Part shown: one piece after another, positions 1 through 8,895 of the stretch
Numbering within the stretch: position 1 is the first letter of the stretch
How the letters are laid out: each line of letters begins with the position of its first letter
Assembly: GCA_012799825.1 (NCBI GenBank)
Contig: JAAZKK010000050.1
Span: 1 to 29,237, forward strand
DNA length: 29,237 nucleotides
Source: Clostridiaceae bacterium
GTDB lineage: Bacteria; Bacillota; Clostridia; Saccharofermentanales; DTU023
Direction of reading: 5' to 3'
Notes under the pieces: generated by a model
The model's database searches: none
Told to the model about the DNA's origin: nothing
Seen by the model: only the letters and a program-made list of their open reading frames with translations
Program-made: the position numbers and the translations under genes

Positions 1-765
1 ATGACGTGTTCCAGAGGGAACTCAACATTTTCGGGCTCGATCACGCCTCGGAGGTTGGGAACCTTCCAATAGTCGAGGGCTTTTTTGCCGCAGATATATT
101 TTCGAAGATAAGTAGCCATGTGACAAGCTTAATGGAGTATGTGATGTTGTTTGTCGACTTCTTTCCGACAAGAGCTCCCTTTAACTGTCAATAGCTGTCA
201 AAAAGGCGTGGAAATACCGGAAGGAGAGGCGGGTGATAACGTGGCAAGGCAGAAGATGACTGAGGAAGGCGGAGGATAACGAGGCAGGGCGGGAGGAGAG
301 GCGGCGGGGCAAGGCAGAGAATGACGGGCTAATGTGGCGGAATGACGGAGGAAGGTTGAGGAATGACGGAGTAAAGCGGCTGATTTCCAGTTGTTTAAAA
401 TTAATTGAAAAATTGACCTCGGTGGTTAAGTGTAAAGGCAATTCTAAGGAGTAGACAGACAAAAAGGCAATAGCAACTGGAACACTCAATCTGTCTTTAA
501 CAGACAGATTAGAGGTTGCATGGCAATCAATTGAGACAACGAGCACAGTCTGCTAATCGCTCGATGAGAATGGAAGCTATACGGATAATGATGGAGATGA
601 CTGGTACCGCTTGTTATTCAGAAACGGAAGAGGATTTCCTGCTGTGTAGCAACAAAAGAGATAACAATAAATACCTATTTGTCATTTGTTGTGAGAACTG
701 TAAGAGATTGTGCACTACGAAGTCACTTAGGTTAAGTGAAAATAATATGATTACAACGCAATAAA

Positions 766-816
766 CGGGACACCTTTCGGATATCCGATCTATCAAAGAC
801 GGTGTCCCGTTATGAC
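766..816. terminator. Candidate terminator / large hairpin
   Basis: Perfect arms CGGGACACC (766-774) and GGTGTCCCG (801-809) around a 26-nt loop containing palindrome GGATATCC; followed by gttatgacttttt. Confidence 0.5.
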
Positions 817-1042
817 TTTTTGTATTGCTTATCGACCAAAACGTTAATCAGAAAAGACAAATCTTCCTTATTGCCTCGGATCATATGCTGTGAGTAGGTA
901 TATAGATGTTCTAGCGATGCAAGTATATCTTCCCTAGTGCCTAAGATCATGTGTTGTGCGCATATGTCCGGAAGCTCAAGAGATTTGAGTTTCCCTTTTC
1001 TTGGAACCCAGATCGTGTGACCTTTGCAGTTTCTCTCATTGA

Positions 1043-1381
1043 CTAGAAAATGAGGACTTCATATCCTTTATTTACATAGTTTGAGACTCCGGCGTGATTA
1101 TACATGTCTGAGAGGAATTTAAGTCCTGCCTTCTCATTGTCCTCATACACGCCGAGTGTCTTTGAACACCCAAGGCAGACGCCCTGAATTGTTCCGTCCT
1201 CTTTGAGCGAAAGATACAACCTGTTCTGTTCTTCTTCCAACTCCTTTGGAAGTACACATGACATGCCTTCTAGGACAATTTTTACTTCGTGTCCTGATTC
1301 CTTCAGCTGTTTGGCATTCATAAGCGCGTGCAAAAAGCACATTTTTTTACCATCCATTGTGTAAATCAAAATTTTTTTCAT
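1043..1381 (-). CDS. DsrE/DsrF-like small protein
   Basis: ORF from MKKILIYTMDGKKMCFLHALMNAKQLKESGHEVKIVLEG...; internal ATG at 1381 preceded by CAGGAGG, so the tracked start at 1426 is probably too early. Internal CLGC motif. Confidence 0.65.
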   Translation of the reverse strand: MKKILIYTMDGKKMCFLHALMNAKQLKESGHEVKIVLEGMSCVLPKELEEEQNRLYLSLKEDGTIQGVCLGCSKTLGVYEDNEKAGLKFLSDMYNHAGVSNYVNKGYEVLIF

Positions 1382-1592
1382 GGTGGTGAACCTCCTGTTT
1401 TCTCTGAAAAAACGTATTGCATTCATTTCATAATTAAAGAAATTCTAGCATAGAGTATCTAAGCTCATCGATTGCATTCGTAGCTAAAAATATAAACAAG
1501 GCTGTGAATATCAACATAACACCTCTGATTTTTTGAGTGTTGTCATAATCGACGTATTTGGAAGCACGTAAATATCTGGGAGACAGCAATTG

Positions 1593-1846
1593 GGAGCCGA
1601 AAACATGCTATTGAGAGAATACAAACAAGAGCCTGAAACCGAGAGCCCGCAACTATGAGGCAGTAAATGGGGGCCTACAAATAAGAGTTTGGAACTGAGA
1701 ACCCGCAACTAAGAGACCGCAATGGGGAGCCTGCAACTAAGACCCTACAATCGGGAGTTCGCATCCATCGCAGGGAACACGACAACGGTCAGTGCAACTA
1801 AGACCCTGCAACCAGGAGTTTGCAACTAGAAGTCTGGAACTAGCAG
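1593..1846. repeat. 28-bp degenerate direct tandem repeat, about 8-9 units
   Basis: Units e.g. 1621-1648 ACAAACAAGAGCCTGAAACCGAGAGCCC, 1677-1704 ACAAATAAGAGTTTGGAACTGAGAACCC, 1705-1732 GCAACTAAGAGACCGCAATGGGGAGCCT, 1733-1760 GCAACTAAGACCCTACAATCGGGAGTTC, 1794-1821 GCAACTAAGACCCTGCAACCAGGAGTTT. Confidence 0.85.
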
Positions 1847-2771
1847 AAAACCCATTGTCAGCATAATATATCTTGTTCGAACGTCGTCTTCTAACTACGT
1901 GCTCTAACACCGCCCTCTAACTCTCTCCTCTCACATCATGCTTTGACATCGTGCTCTGTAAAATAATTTGAGATTATTGCTTCTTCAATACACTGTAATA
2001 AGGGATGACGGAAGGATGAGTCATCATTCATGAAATTTGGCGCCCATAACATTTTAATATAGAATAAAAGAAAGACTAAGCGTTGGTTGTTGTAATATTG
2101 TAGGCTATTAGTTAAAATTCCCTCTATTTTAACCACGCCAATCAAGCAACTGATTTTTCTTATAATTAATTCCGCTTGTACATTATATTTCGTCAAGATC
2201 ATGGCGCAACTGATTTTGAGGGAAAAAGCGCGGACAGTTTTTTAAGTTTCTTAAATCTCTTGGCCGACAGGGTAACAACCATGGTCAATTTTTCGATTTA
2301 ATTTGATTTTAAATCTGCTAAAAAACAAGATAAGCAACGATTTCCTTCTTTATTTGAAAAACTGACCGGAAAGAGGTTAGACGCTGATCACTTTTTCTAC
2401 ATTAATTGATTTTTTGGACGATGAGAGATAGAGCGCTGGCAGATCTTATTAAAAATCGAATTTTTGGCCGGCAGGGGAATTTTGACCCAAAGATCCTTCT
2501 AAATTGGAGTTCTTTCGTGTTGTTGACTGATTTTATTTCTTTTAGCAAATTCAGCTCACGAATGAGTGTTAATTGGGACGCTGAAATTGCACCTTCACTT
2601 CTTGGCATCACGGAAGCTTGCATGCTGAGCTGATTATACAAGATTAGGACTGATAGTGAGAAATGTTTACAGGATGGGAACAGTGACTCTAATTAAACTT
2701 AGTCTAATTGGCGCACGGCAGAGAGTTGTAGTGAATATCACACGCTTCACAATTCTAGCTTATCATTTCAT

Positions 2772-2970
2772 CGCTGATGCAGGCGTTCTTTGTTGGTGCA
2801 AGCTCTCTTTACTAATGCAGCTACTCTTGGTTGATGCAGGCACTCATTGTTTGGGCTGGTTCTCTTTGTTGGGACAGACGCTCTTTGTTGGTTCAATCAT
2901 TTTTTGCTAATGTAGGCACTCATCGCTGATGCATGCGCTCTTTGCTGGAGCAGGCGCTCTCTGTCGGTGC
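2772..2970. repeat. About 19-bp degenerate tandem repeat (consensus near TTGGTGCAGGCGCTCTTTG)
   Basis: Serial copies: GCTGATGCAGGCGTTCTTTG, TTGGTGCAAGCTCTCTTT, ACTAATGCAGCTACTCTTG, GTTGATGCAGGCACTCATTG, ..., GCTGATGCATGCGCTCTTTG, CTGGAGCAGGCGCTCTCTG. Confidence 0.75.
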
Positions 2971-3013
2971 CGTCAGAAAAATGTCATCTGCATCAAAAAA
3001 TGACTCAAGGATT

Positions 3014-3658
3014 TTAGCCTTGTTGGCGCAGGTACCAATTGGGTGCATTGGGATCGTGACCATGTTTCTTGAGGTTTTTCAAAACCATTGATGTCAGGAA
3101 CTTTGAAAAAATACGAGTTACGAATCTACCGGGCGGGGTTTGAGCCTGTTCATAAAGACTGTCAAGTGAAGAGCTCCCTTCTGCGATATGTCTTATAAAC
3201 TGATTGAAAGCTGGCACGACCTTCTTTCTGCTCATGTGGTTCTCTAAGGGTTTGCCGTCCAGCATGGCGCCGCCACCCAACACAAAGCCGCCCTGCCATG
3301 AAAGATGGTTTTGCTCAGCGAATAATTGGAGAGTAGTTAGCCCGTGTCGGTGCGTATGGATGTAAGGCATGCCGCCGTTGATGATGCCGTACAGTTTCTG
3401 TCCCGAGAATCCGCCACTCCGGGATGCTGTCTCCAGCAACTCAATCAGTCTAGCCGGGTAGGTATTGATGTAACACGGGCCGGATATCACGATGGTTTCT
3501 GCCTGTTTCATGGTCATTGCAAATTCTTCGAGGCTGTCCTTTTGGGGCAAAAAAACGACATCTCCACCTGTGAGATTGCGTACGCGCTCCAACAACATGG
3601 CGCTCGTCCCTTTGCGTCTGGGGCTGGCACAAAGGAGCATGATATTGTACTTATTCAT
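3014..3658 (-). CDS. Flavodoxin-fold / NADPH-dependent FMN reductase-like protein
   Basis: 214 aa; N-terminal MLLCASPRRKGTSAMLLERV flavin-binding-like motif and ISGPCYINTYPARLIELLE; RBS GGAG before ATG. Confidence 0.7.
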   Translation of the reverse strand: MNKYNIMLLCASPRRKGTSAMLLERVRNLTGGDVVFLPQKDSLEEFAMTMKQAETIVISGPCYINTYPARLIELLETASRSGGFSGQKLYGIINGGMPYIHTHRHGLTTLQLFAEQNHLSWQGGFVLGGGAMLDGKPLENHMSRKKVVPAFNQFIRHIAEGSSSLDSLYEQAQTPPGRFVTRIFSKFLTSMVLKNLKKHGHDPNAPNWYLRQQG

Positions 3659-3930
3659 GGGCTATCTCCTTCGCGATTTTGCAAGACATGATTTCATCAA
3701 ACCTACACGTCCTCTAAAATTTCCGATTTTTTGTCAATCTCGTATGCGCACTGTCCTTCACTTTCACAATCTCGTTAATCTTGCATGCGCGCTACTATTT
3801 TCGACTTTTTGCCAATTTTGCATGTACTCTGCTTTTTTCGAAATTTTGTCAAATTAATATGTAGACTATCTCTTTTGCTTTTTCGTCACTAGCTTTCACG
3901 GATTTACACGTGGGCTATCTCTTTTGCGAT
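3655..3930. repeat. About 40-bp degenerate repeats between the two flavoprotein genes, including copies of the upstream gene's 3' end
   Basis: TGGGCTATCTCTTTTGCGAT (inside the upstream CDS, about 3911-3930), GTAGACTATCTCTTTTGC (3861-3878) and TGGGCTATCTCCTTCGCGATTTT (about 3659-3680); further copies anchored at 3744, 3785, 3822 and 3859 (spacing 41, 37, 37). Confidence 0.7.
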
Positions 3931-4443
3931 CGCTTCAATCGATACATTATCTGTGCGGCTATCGAGAATAAATGCACTTCCTTCAACGTTCATGATAATC
4001 CGGTTTTCTTTATGAAGGGCGAAAAAGGCTGACCGTTCCGCTTCGCTCAGCTTGTCGCCGACGCCGACCATATAGTAGTTCATCGTCTGCCCGCTCATGC
4101 CTTTGACGAGCTCCCCATTGTTCATATAATAGCGGGGATCGCCCAACGCGCACATACGGTCCATCACCTTCTTAATATGGTGGCTGACACCGCCAAAGAT
4201 CACGGGAGAAATCAGCACAAGCGCTCGACAGGCAGCGATTTTTGGCAGAACCTTTTGCATATCATCTTGGATTACACAACGGCCATACGTTTTCCCGCTG
4301 CAACTGCTACAGGCGGTACAAGGCCTGATATCTAGTTTGTTGACAGTAAAACGAACGACATGCGTTCCCGTATGGAGCACCGCTTCCCTCAGCGTTCTGC
4401 TCCAATTCCCTACGCGATTATCTGAAATAATCACTGCCGTCAT
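3904..4443 (-). CDS. NADPH-dependent FMN reductase / iron-sulfur-flavoprotein-like family protein
   Basis: 179 aa; Cys-rich CTACSSCSGKTYGRCVIQDDM, LVLISPVIFGGVSHHIKKVMDR; RBS AGGAGG upstream. Confidence 0.8.
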   Translation of the reverse strand: MTAVIISDNRVGNWSRTLREAVLHTGTHVVRFTVNKLDIRPCTACSSCSGKTYGRCVIQDDMQKVLPKIAACRALVLISPVIFGGVSHHIKKVMDRMCALGDPRYYMNNGELVKGMSGQTMNYYMVGVGDKLSEAERSAFFALHKENRIIMNVEGSAFILDSRTDNVSIEAIAKEIAHV

Positions 4444-4647
4444 GCGCTGTCCTCCTGATTAGAGAGTAATTTTGCAAAAAAGGGGTGTCAAGGCTTTTTG
4501 TCATCGCAAGGTAGCGCTGTGTGTAAAATCTTGGCAAATAATCCAAAAAATTAGTCTAAATGTCCGATAAATTCTATGTTTTCTCATTTTGTGTCGTGTT
4601 ATTTTCAGTCCTTTTTTCCTATTATGAGTTCATCGGGAGGTTAGACC

Positions 4648-5457
4648 ATGGACACAAAAAAGATTGGCACATTCCTAAAAGAATTAAGAAACGAAAATAA
4701 TTTGACGCAAGAGCAATTGGCAGAGCGCATGTATGTTTCTGGCAGAACTGTTTCTCGTTGGGAAACTGGAGCGACTTTGCCGAACATTGCGATTCTTATC
4801 GACCTTTCTGAGTTTTACAACGTTGATATAAGAGAAATCCTCGATGGCGAGAAAAAGGAACAATTTGGTAGAAAGGGTCAAATCACGGAGGAGCAGTTTT
4901 TTGAAAGAAGGAGTCAGTTTGATCGAGATGCGGAAATTGTGGAGACGCGACAAATCATGGAAAGGGAGCAAGTTGAGAGAGAGGAACAGTTTGATCAAGA
5001 TGGGCATGTCGTAGCAGATGGACAGATAGATGAAGAGGGGCAAATCGCAGAAAAAGACCGGTTTGTTCGTGATGGGCAAGTAAAGAAAGGACAGATCACA
5101 GAGAAAGGCAAGTATGTCCGAGATGAACAGATTATGGAGAAGGAGCAGTTCATGGAAAAAGAAAAGGAGAATACGATTTTGAAAGTGGCTGAATACAATC
5201 AGGAAGAAAAAAAGCGGATAATAAAGAAAGGACAGATCGGATTTATTATCTGTTTCATCTTTTCTCTTATCAAATTCACTATCGAGATCCTTGACCTTAA
5301 GAATGATGAATTTTGGTACAAGCTGGCTGATTTTGTTCGCGGCTTCATTGATGGTTTTATTTTCGTAATGATCATTGTCGGCATCCTTTACACGACAAAT
5401 CTTTTGAATAAAATTAAGAAAACAAAACAGCGCATCCTCAGAGGTCACAAAGGTTGA
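4648..5457 (+). CDS. XRE-family HTH regulator with hexapeptide-repeat linker and two C-terminal transmembrane segments
   Basis: HTH: IGTFLKELRNENNLTQEQLAERMYVSGRTVSRWETGATLPNIAILIDLSEFY; RBS GGGAGG; hydrophobic segments GFIICFIFSLIKFTIEIL and GFIDGFIFVMIIVGILY. Confidence 0.9.
   Translation: MDTKKIGTFLKELRNENNLTQEQLAERMYVSGRTVSRWETGATLPNIAILIDLSEFYNVDIREILDGEKKEQFGRKGQITEEQFFERRSQFDRDAEIVETRQIMEREQVEREEQFDQDGHVVADGQIDEEGQIAEKDRFVRDGQVKKGQITEKGKYVRDEQIMEKEQFMEKEKENTILKVAEYNQEEKKRIIKKGQIGFIICFIFSLIKFTIEILDLKNDEFWYKLADFVRGFIDGFIFVMIIVGILYTTNLLNKIKKTKQRILRGHKG
4864..5166 (+). repeat. In-frame about 18-bp repeat encoding about 17 hexapeptide units
   Basis: Units FGRKGQ / ITEEQ / FFERRSQ / FDRDAE / IVETRQ / IMEREQ / VEREEQ / FDQDGH / VVADGQ / IDEEGQ / IAEKDR / FVRDGQ / VKKGQ / ITEKGK / YVRDEQ / IMEKEQ / FMEKEK. 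Confidence 0.85.
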
Positions 5458-5803
5458 ATTTTGCTAACGAATTGAGATGAAACTTGTAATCATTCTTTTA
5501 ATCTTCTTTTATGAAGTGGTTCCGCGTTTTAGTGCTTACGAAGTCGGTTTAAAGGGCGGTTCCACTTCCTAATGTTTCAGTTTTCGGTTTAAGAGGAGTT
5601 TCATTACTTGGCCCTTCCGAGTTACGTTTCTTTGTCTGACAAACTTTTGAATCGCAGGCTGTAATTCTTAGATGCGAGAAATGCTCATCCGACTACAATA
5701 TCTTTAATACAGCAGCAACTCGTTATACAGATATGAAAGACTAATGCATAGACGTACTACTGTGTTACATGCGCTACTCGTTGCTCAGTCGTAAAAGCAT
5801 TGC

Positions 5804-5829
5804 GGCCAATCAGTTAAGCTTGATTGGCC
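5804..5829. repeat. Perfect 9-bp inverted repeat (hairpin)
   Basis: GGCCAATCA gttaagct TGATTGGCC; no adjacent T-tract. Confidence 0.5.
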
Positions 5830-5947
5830 ACAGATACGTTATGCGCTATATGTTGTTAATCGTCATATATGCTCGTGAACTCGAAGCTACGGGGCATTTT
5901 CCCGAAATGTTCCGAACATTGCATGATCGTGCTCGTGGATCTTGAGT

Positions 5948-6640
5948 TTACGGAACAAATACCCACGCGATTTCTGCGATTTTCGACCCAGATACGGTAA
6001 CCTCTACGAAGGTCAAACCGAGGTTATTATGCTCTATCGCAGGTATCATCGTGTTTAAAAATGTCTTGTAATCTACTTTGATGGGGTCAACCGACAATAT
6101 TTCATCAGGTAAATAAAACTGCGTGTTTTTCGTCGTGACAAACCATTTTGTTGGACCAACAGTGCGAATGTATCCGTATTCTTGTGTATCTTCTTCTGCT
6201 TCTTCCTGTGAGCAGCCGATATCGATCATATATGCTACGACCGCATCCATTCCAGTGAGCCATTCTACTTGGTCAAATGCGAATTCCGTCTCATATGGTT
6301 CTGTTCCTGCAGACCAGTCGGTCATATAAGCATAAAAAGTCTCGATTTTAGGAGGCTTCGTTGTTGTCGTGGTAGTTGTCGTCGTTGTGGTTGTCGTGGT
6401 TGTGGTTGTTGTCGTGGTTGTCGTATCGTCTACGCTCGTCGGAGGTATGGACGTTGCCGGAATCTCAGAGGGTTCTGTGGGCAGATCAGTGGCTTCTGTC
6501 GTCAGAGAGCTTGACTCCGGTGTGGTTTTTGAACTGGAGCCAAAGTTAAATAATTTCAGTAAATCGACGCACCCGCTTGATAAAGTTAAAGCACAGAGTA
6601 GCAAAAAAACTAACACTAATGCGATGATGTGTTTTTTCAT
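5948..6640 (-). CDS. Predicted lipoprotein with poly-threonine linker
   Basis: Signal peptide/lipobox MKKHIIALVLVFLLLCALTLSSGC, Ser/Thr/Pro-rich region with 22 consecutive Thr codons, then a globular domain; RBS GGAGG before ATG. Confidence 0.85.
   Translation of the reverse strand: MKKHIIALVLVFLLLCALTLSSGCVDLLKLFNFGSSSKTTPESSSLTTEATDLPTEPSEIPATSIPPTSVDDTTTTTTTTTTTTTTTTTTTTTTKPPKIETFYAYMTDWSAGTEPYETEFAFDQVEWLTGMDAVVAYMIDIGCSQEEAEEDTQEYGYIRTVGPTKWFVTTKNTQFYLPDEILSVDPIKVDYKTFLNTMIPAIEHNNLGLTFVEVTVSGSKIAEIAWVFVP
6359..6424 (-). repeat. (ACN)22 codon tract encoding poly-Thr
   Basis: Plus strand reads cgt tgt tgt cgt ggt agt ... cgt, i.e. mixed ACA/ACG/ACC/ACT codons on the minus strand. Confidence 0.9.
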
Positions 6641-7064
6641 AATTTATCCTCCTCTTCGTGATAGCGCCACAAGGCAGAAATCCATTCGCTTCATTGATTC
6701 GTGTCGTCTAAGGTCAGTACGATTGGTTGTATGTCGTCAAACACCATATTTCAAGCCGCTTTCCCATGCCGTTTACGATCTGCTCGTCTGCCCGCACATG
6801 AGTACATGAGATCGGCTTTCTTACAACTTTTTCCAATTTCCAAATTAAATAGTTTTTTTTCTCAACAAAATGAAGAGAGTACAAAGAAGATCGCACTTCC
6901 CTTTTCACTTTTCAACTTCAATTTGTTCTTACTTCTATTTTAGGAGCCGTTGAATGCGCTGAACAGCTACCAATTATGGTAGGTTTGTGCAAAGAAGACA
7001 TGCCTAATCTGTGGTAAGGTCATTTTTTACGAATGATTTACAGAAGATGTATTCCAGCATTAGT

Positions 7065-7490
7065 GAAGGCCGGCATGAGACCGACCTTCGACATAAATAA
7101 AAATATCACAATCGGTCAGAGCGAATCTTGCGGAAAGATCGCTGACCATTTTATCCTCGCGTCTCCCGTGCTGATACGTTGGCTAGCCTCAATTAGACTA
7201 CGTCGGCAGATCTCAGACAAAAGTCTCAGTACATCCCTCTGAGCAGATCGCGCTTAATCGCGTTGGTCGACTTTGACTAGAGCGAGCATGAAAGGTCACT
7301 GACCCTTTCATCCCTGCGTTCTCCGTGCTGATCAGGCTTAAACGCGTTAGCCTGCTTTGATCAGAGTAAGCCGGGCAGATCGCGAGAAAATTCTCCGTAC
7401 GTCACCCAAGGCTGGTCAGGCATGAACGCGTTGACCGACTTTGATTTGATCAGAGCGAGTCGGGCAGGTCGCGGGAAAATTTTTCTGCGA
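7065..7490 (-). repeat. 84-bp-period degenerate repeat array plus hairpins, overlapping and following the 3' end of the tryptophanase-family gene
   Basis: Cores at 7177 (CGTTGGCTAGCC), 7261 (CGTTGGTCGACTTTGA), 7345 (CGTTAGCCTGCTTTGATCAGAG) and 7429 (CGTTGACCGACTTTGATTTGATCAGAG), exactly 84 bp apart. Confidence 0.8.
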
Positions 7491-8895
7491 GTCTCTCCTG
7501 CCAGTCGGACAGGGGGGCGAGTTTCCCGAGGAAAAAACGCAGGATTTTCGGTTCGTGCTCGAAGCGCAGGCCGCCGATCAAATCGCGGTTTTCAAAGAGC
7601 CACGTCACGCGGTCGATCGCGTAGTCGATCTGGCTCAGGGTGAAAACGCGGCGCGGCATCGCAAGCCGCAGGAGCTCCATCTCAGCGATCTTCTCATTCC
7701 CGTCATCATCTCTATTTTCGCTTAGTGTACCGCGCTCCATCCCCCGGATACCACCGGCAATGTAGAGAGCCGCGGCAAGTGCTGCTGCGGGATACTGTTC
7801 TTGAGGAATATGCGGAACGAAACGTGAGGCGTCGAGATGACAGCCAAGTCCGCCCGCCGGCGTCACGACCGGAATGCCGCGTTTTTCGAGTTCGTCGACC
7901 ATGTAGGCGATAAACTCAGGGCCTTGTGACGTTATGGCAAGATCGAGCGTCTCCTCAAGCCCGACGGCAATCGCCTCAATCTCGCGAACGGACATGCCGC
8001 CATACGTGAGAAATCCTTCGTTCAGCACGATCAGCTCTTTGAGCGGATTGACAAGTTCGCTCTCTCTCATGCAGATGCCGCCACCTCGCGCAAAACCGAG
8101 CTTTCTCGCAGAGAAATAAATGATGTCGCACTCGTCAGCAACAGCACGCATGATTTCTCTAAGCGAGAGATCTTTGCATTCCTCATCCTTGATTTTCAAG
8201 AAATAGAGATTGTCCTGAAGAAGTGACGCGTCCATGACAAGCGGGATATCATGCTTCCGACAAATCGCCGCTGCCTCTTTCAGATTCCCGAAGGAGAACG
8301 GTTGCCCGCCGATCAGGTTTGTCCCCGCTTCGATACGGACAAATGGCACTCGATCATTATTCTCCTCCAAAAACTTTGCTAGCGCTTTCGTGTCAAAATT
8401 GCCTTTGAACGGGTAATCACTTTGACAGTTAAGGCCTTCCGGGATAAGAAATTCGATAACCTCACCGCCACAGCGTTCGATATGTGCTCTTGACGTTGTA
8501 AAGTGATAGTTCATTGGCACAATATCACCCGGCTTCACGAGCAGATCTGCGAGAACCTTTTCACAGCCGCGACCTTGGTGGGCAGGCAAAAAGTGTTCCA
8601 TTCCGAAGATGTCTTGGACTGTTTTCTCGAGCCGGAAAAAGGACTCGCTGCCGGCGTAGGCGTCGTCTGCCCTCATCATCGCTGACTGCTGGCGATCGCT
8701 CATCGCGTTGACGCCGCTATCGGTCAACATGTCGAGAAAAATATCCTTATTGTGTAAAAGATAGAGATTGCTCGATGCTTCCTTTAGACGGGCGAGCCGT
8801 TCCTCAACCGGCAGCAGATTCAACTGCTGTACAATGCGCACCTTATGGCGCTCGAGCGGGATTTTCCTGCCGTCAAAAAAAGAGATGGTTTCCAT
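7450..8895 (-). CDS. Tryptophanase / tyrosine phenol-lyase family beta-eliminating lyase (PLP-dependent)
   Basis: METISFFDGRKIPLERHKVRIV...LLTDSGVNAMSDRQQSAMMRADDAYAGSESFFRLE...LPAHQGRGCEKVL...NLIGGQPFSFGNLKEA...DIPLVMDASLLQDNLYF...IIYFSARKLGFARGGG...EGFLTYGGM...ELLRLAMPRRVFT. Start ATG at 8895 has AAGGAGG upstream; the tracked start at 9066 lies inside the leader. Confidence 0.9.
   Translation of the reverse strand: METISFFDGRKIPLERHKVRIVQQLNLLPVEERLARLKEASSNLYLLHNKDIFLDMLTDSGVNAMSDRQQSAMMRADDAYAGSESFFRLEKTVQDIFGMEHFLPAHQGRGCEKVLADLLVKPGDIVPMNYHFTTSRAHIERCGGEVIEFLIPEGLNCQSDYPFKGNFDTKALAKFLEENNDRVPFVRIEAGTNLIGGQPFSFGNLKEAAAICRKHDIPLVMDASLLQDNLYFLKIKDEECKDLSLREIMRAVADECDIIYFSARKLGFARGGGICMRESELVNPLKELIVLNEGFLTYGGMSVREIEAIAVGLEETLDLAITSQGPEFIAYMVDELEKRGIPVVTPAGGLGCHLDASRFVPHIPQEQYPAAALAAALYIAGGIRGMERGTLSENRDDDGNEKIAEMELLRLAMPRRVFTLSQIDYAIDRVTWLFENRDLIGGLRFEHEPKILRFFLGKLAPLSDWQERLAEKFSRDLPDSL

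Noticed and set aside
1-1040. Short ORFs 6-194, 181-546, 516-764 and an ATG-less frame ending at about 812 (minus)
   Set aside because: No convincing RBS, family motif or composition; some lie in repeat-rich or low-complexity sequence. Possible gene debris but not supportable.
1593-1846. Possible CRISPR array (28-bp repeats)
   Set aside because: Units are contiguous and all similar, with no unique spacers and no cas genes nearby; it is a plain direct tandem repeat.
4684-5448. 254-aa minus-strand ORF opposite the XRE gene
   Set aside because: Antisense to a clear HTH protein with a good RBS; low-complexity Leu/Phe-rich composition results from the Glu/Lys-rich repeats.
6369-6809. Plus-strand 146-aa ORF beginning with poly-Val
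   Set aside because: Antisense artefact of the poly-Thr codon tract in the lipoprotein gene.
7422-7643. Plus-strand Arg/Ser-rich 73-aa ORF
   Set aside because: Antisense to the lyase 3' end and repeat array; composition is driven by GC-rich repeats.
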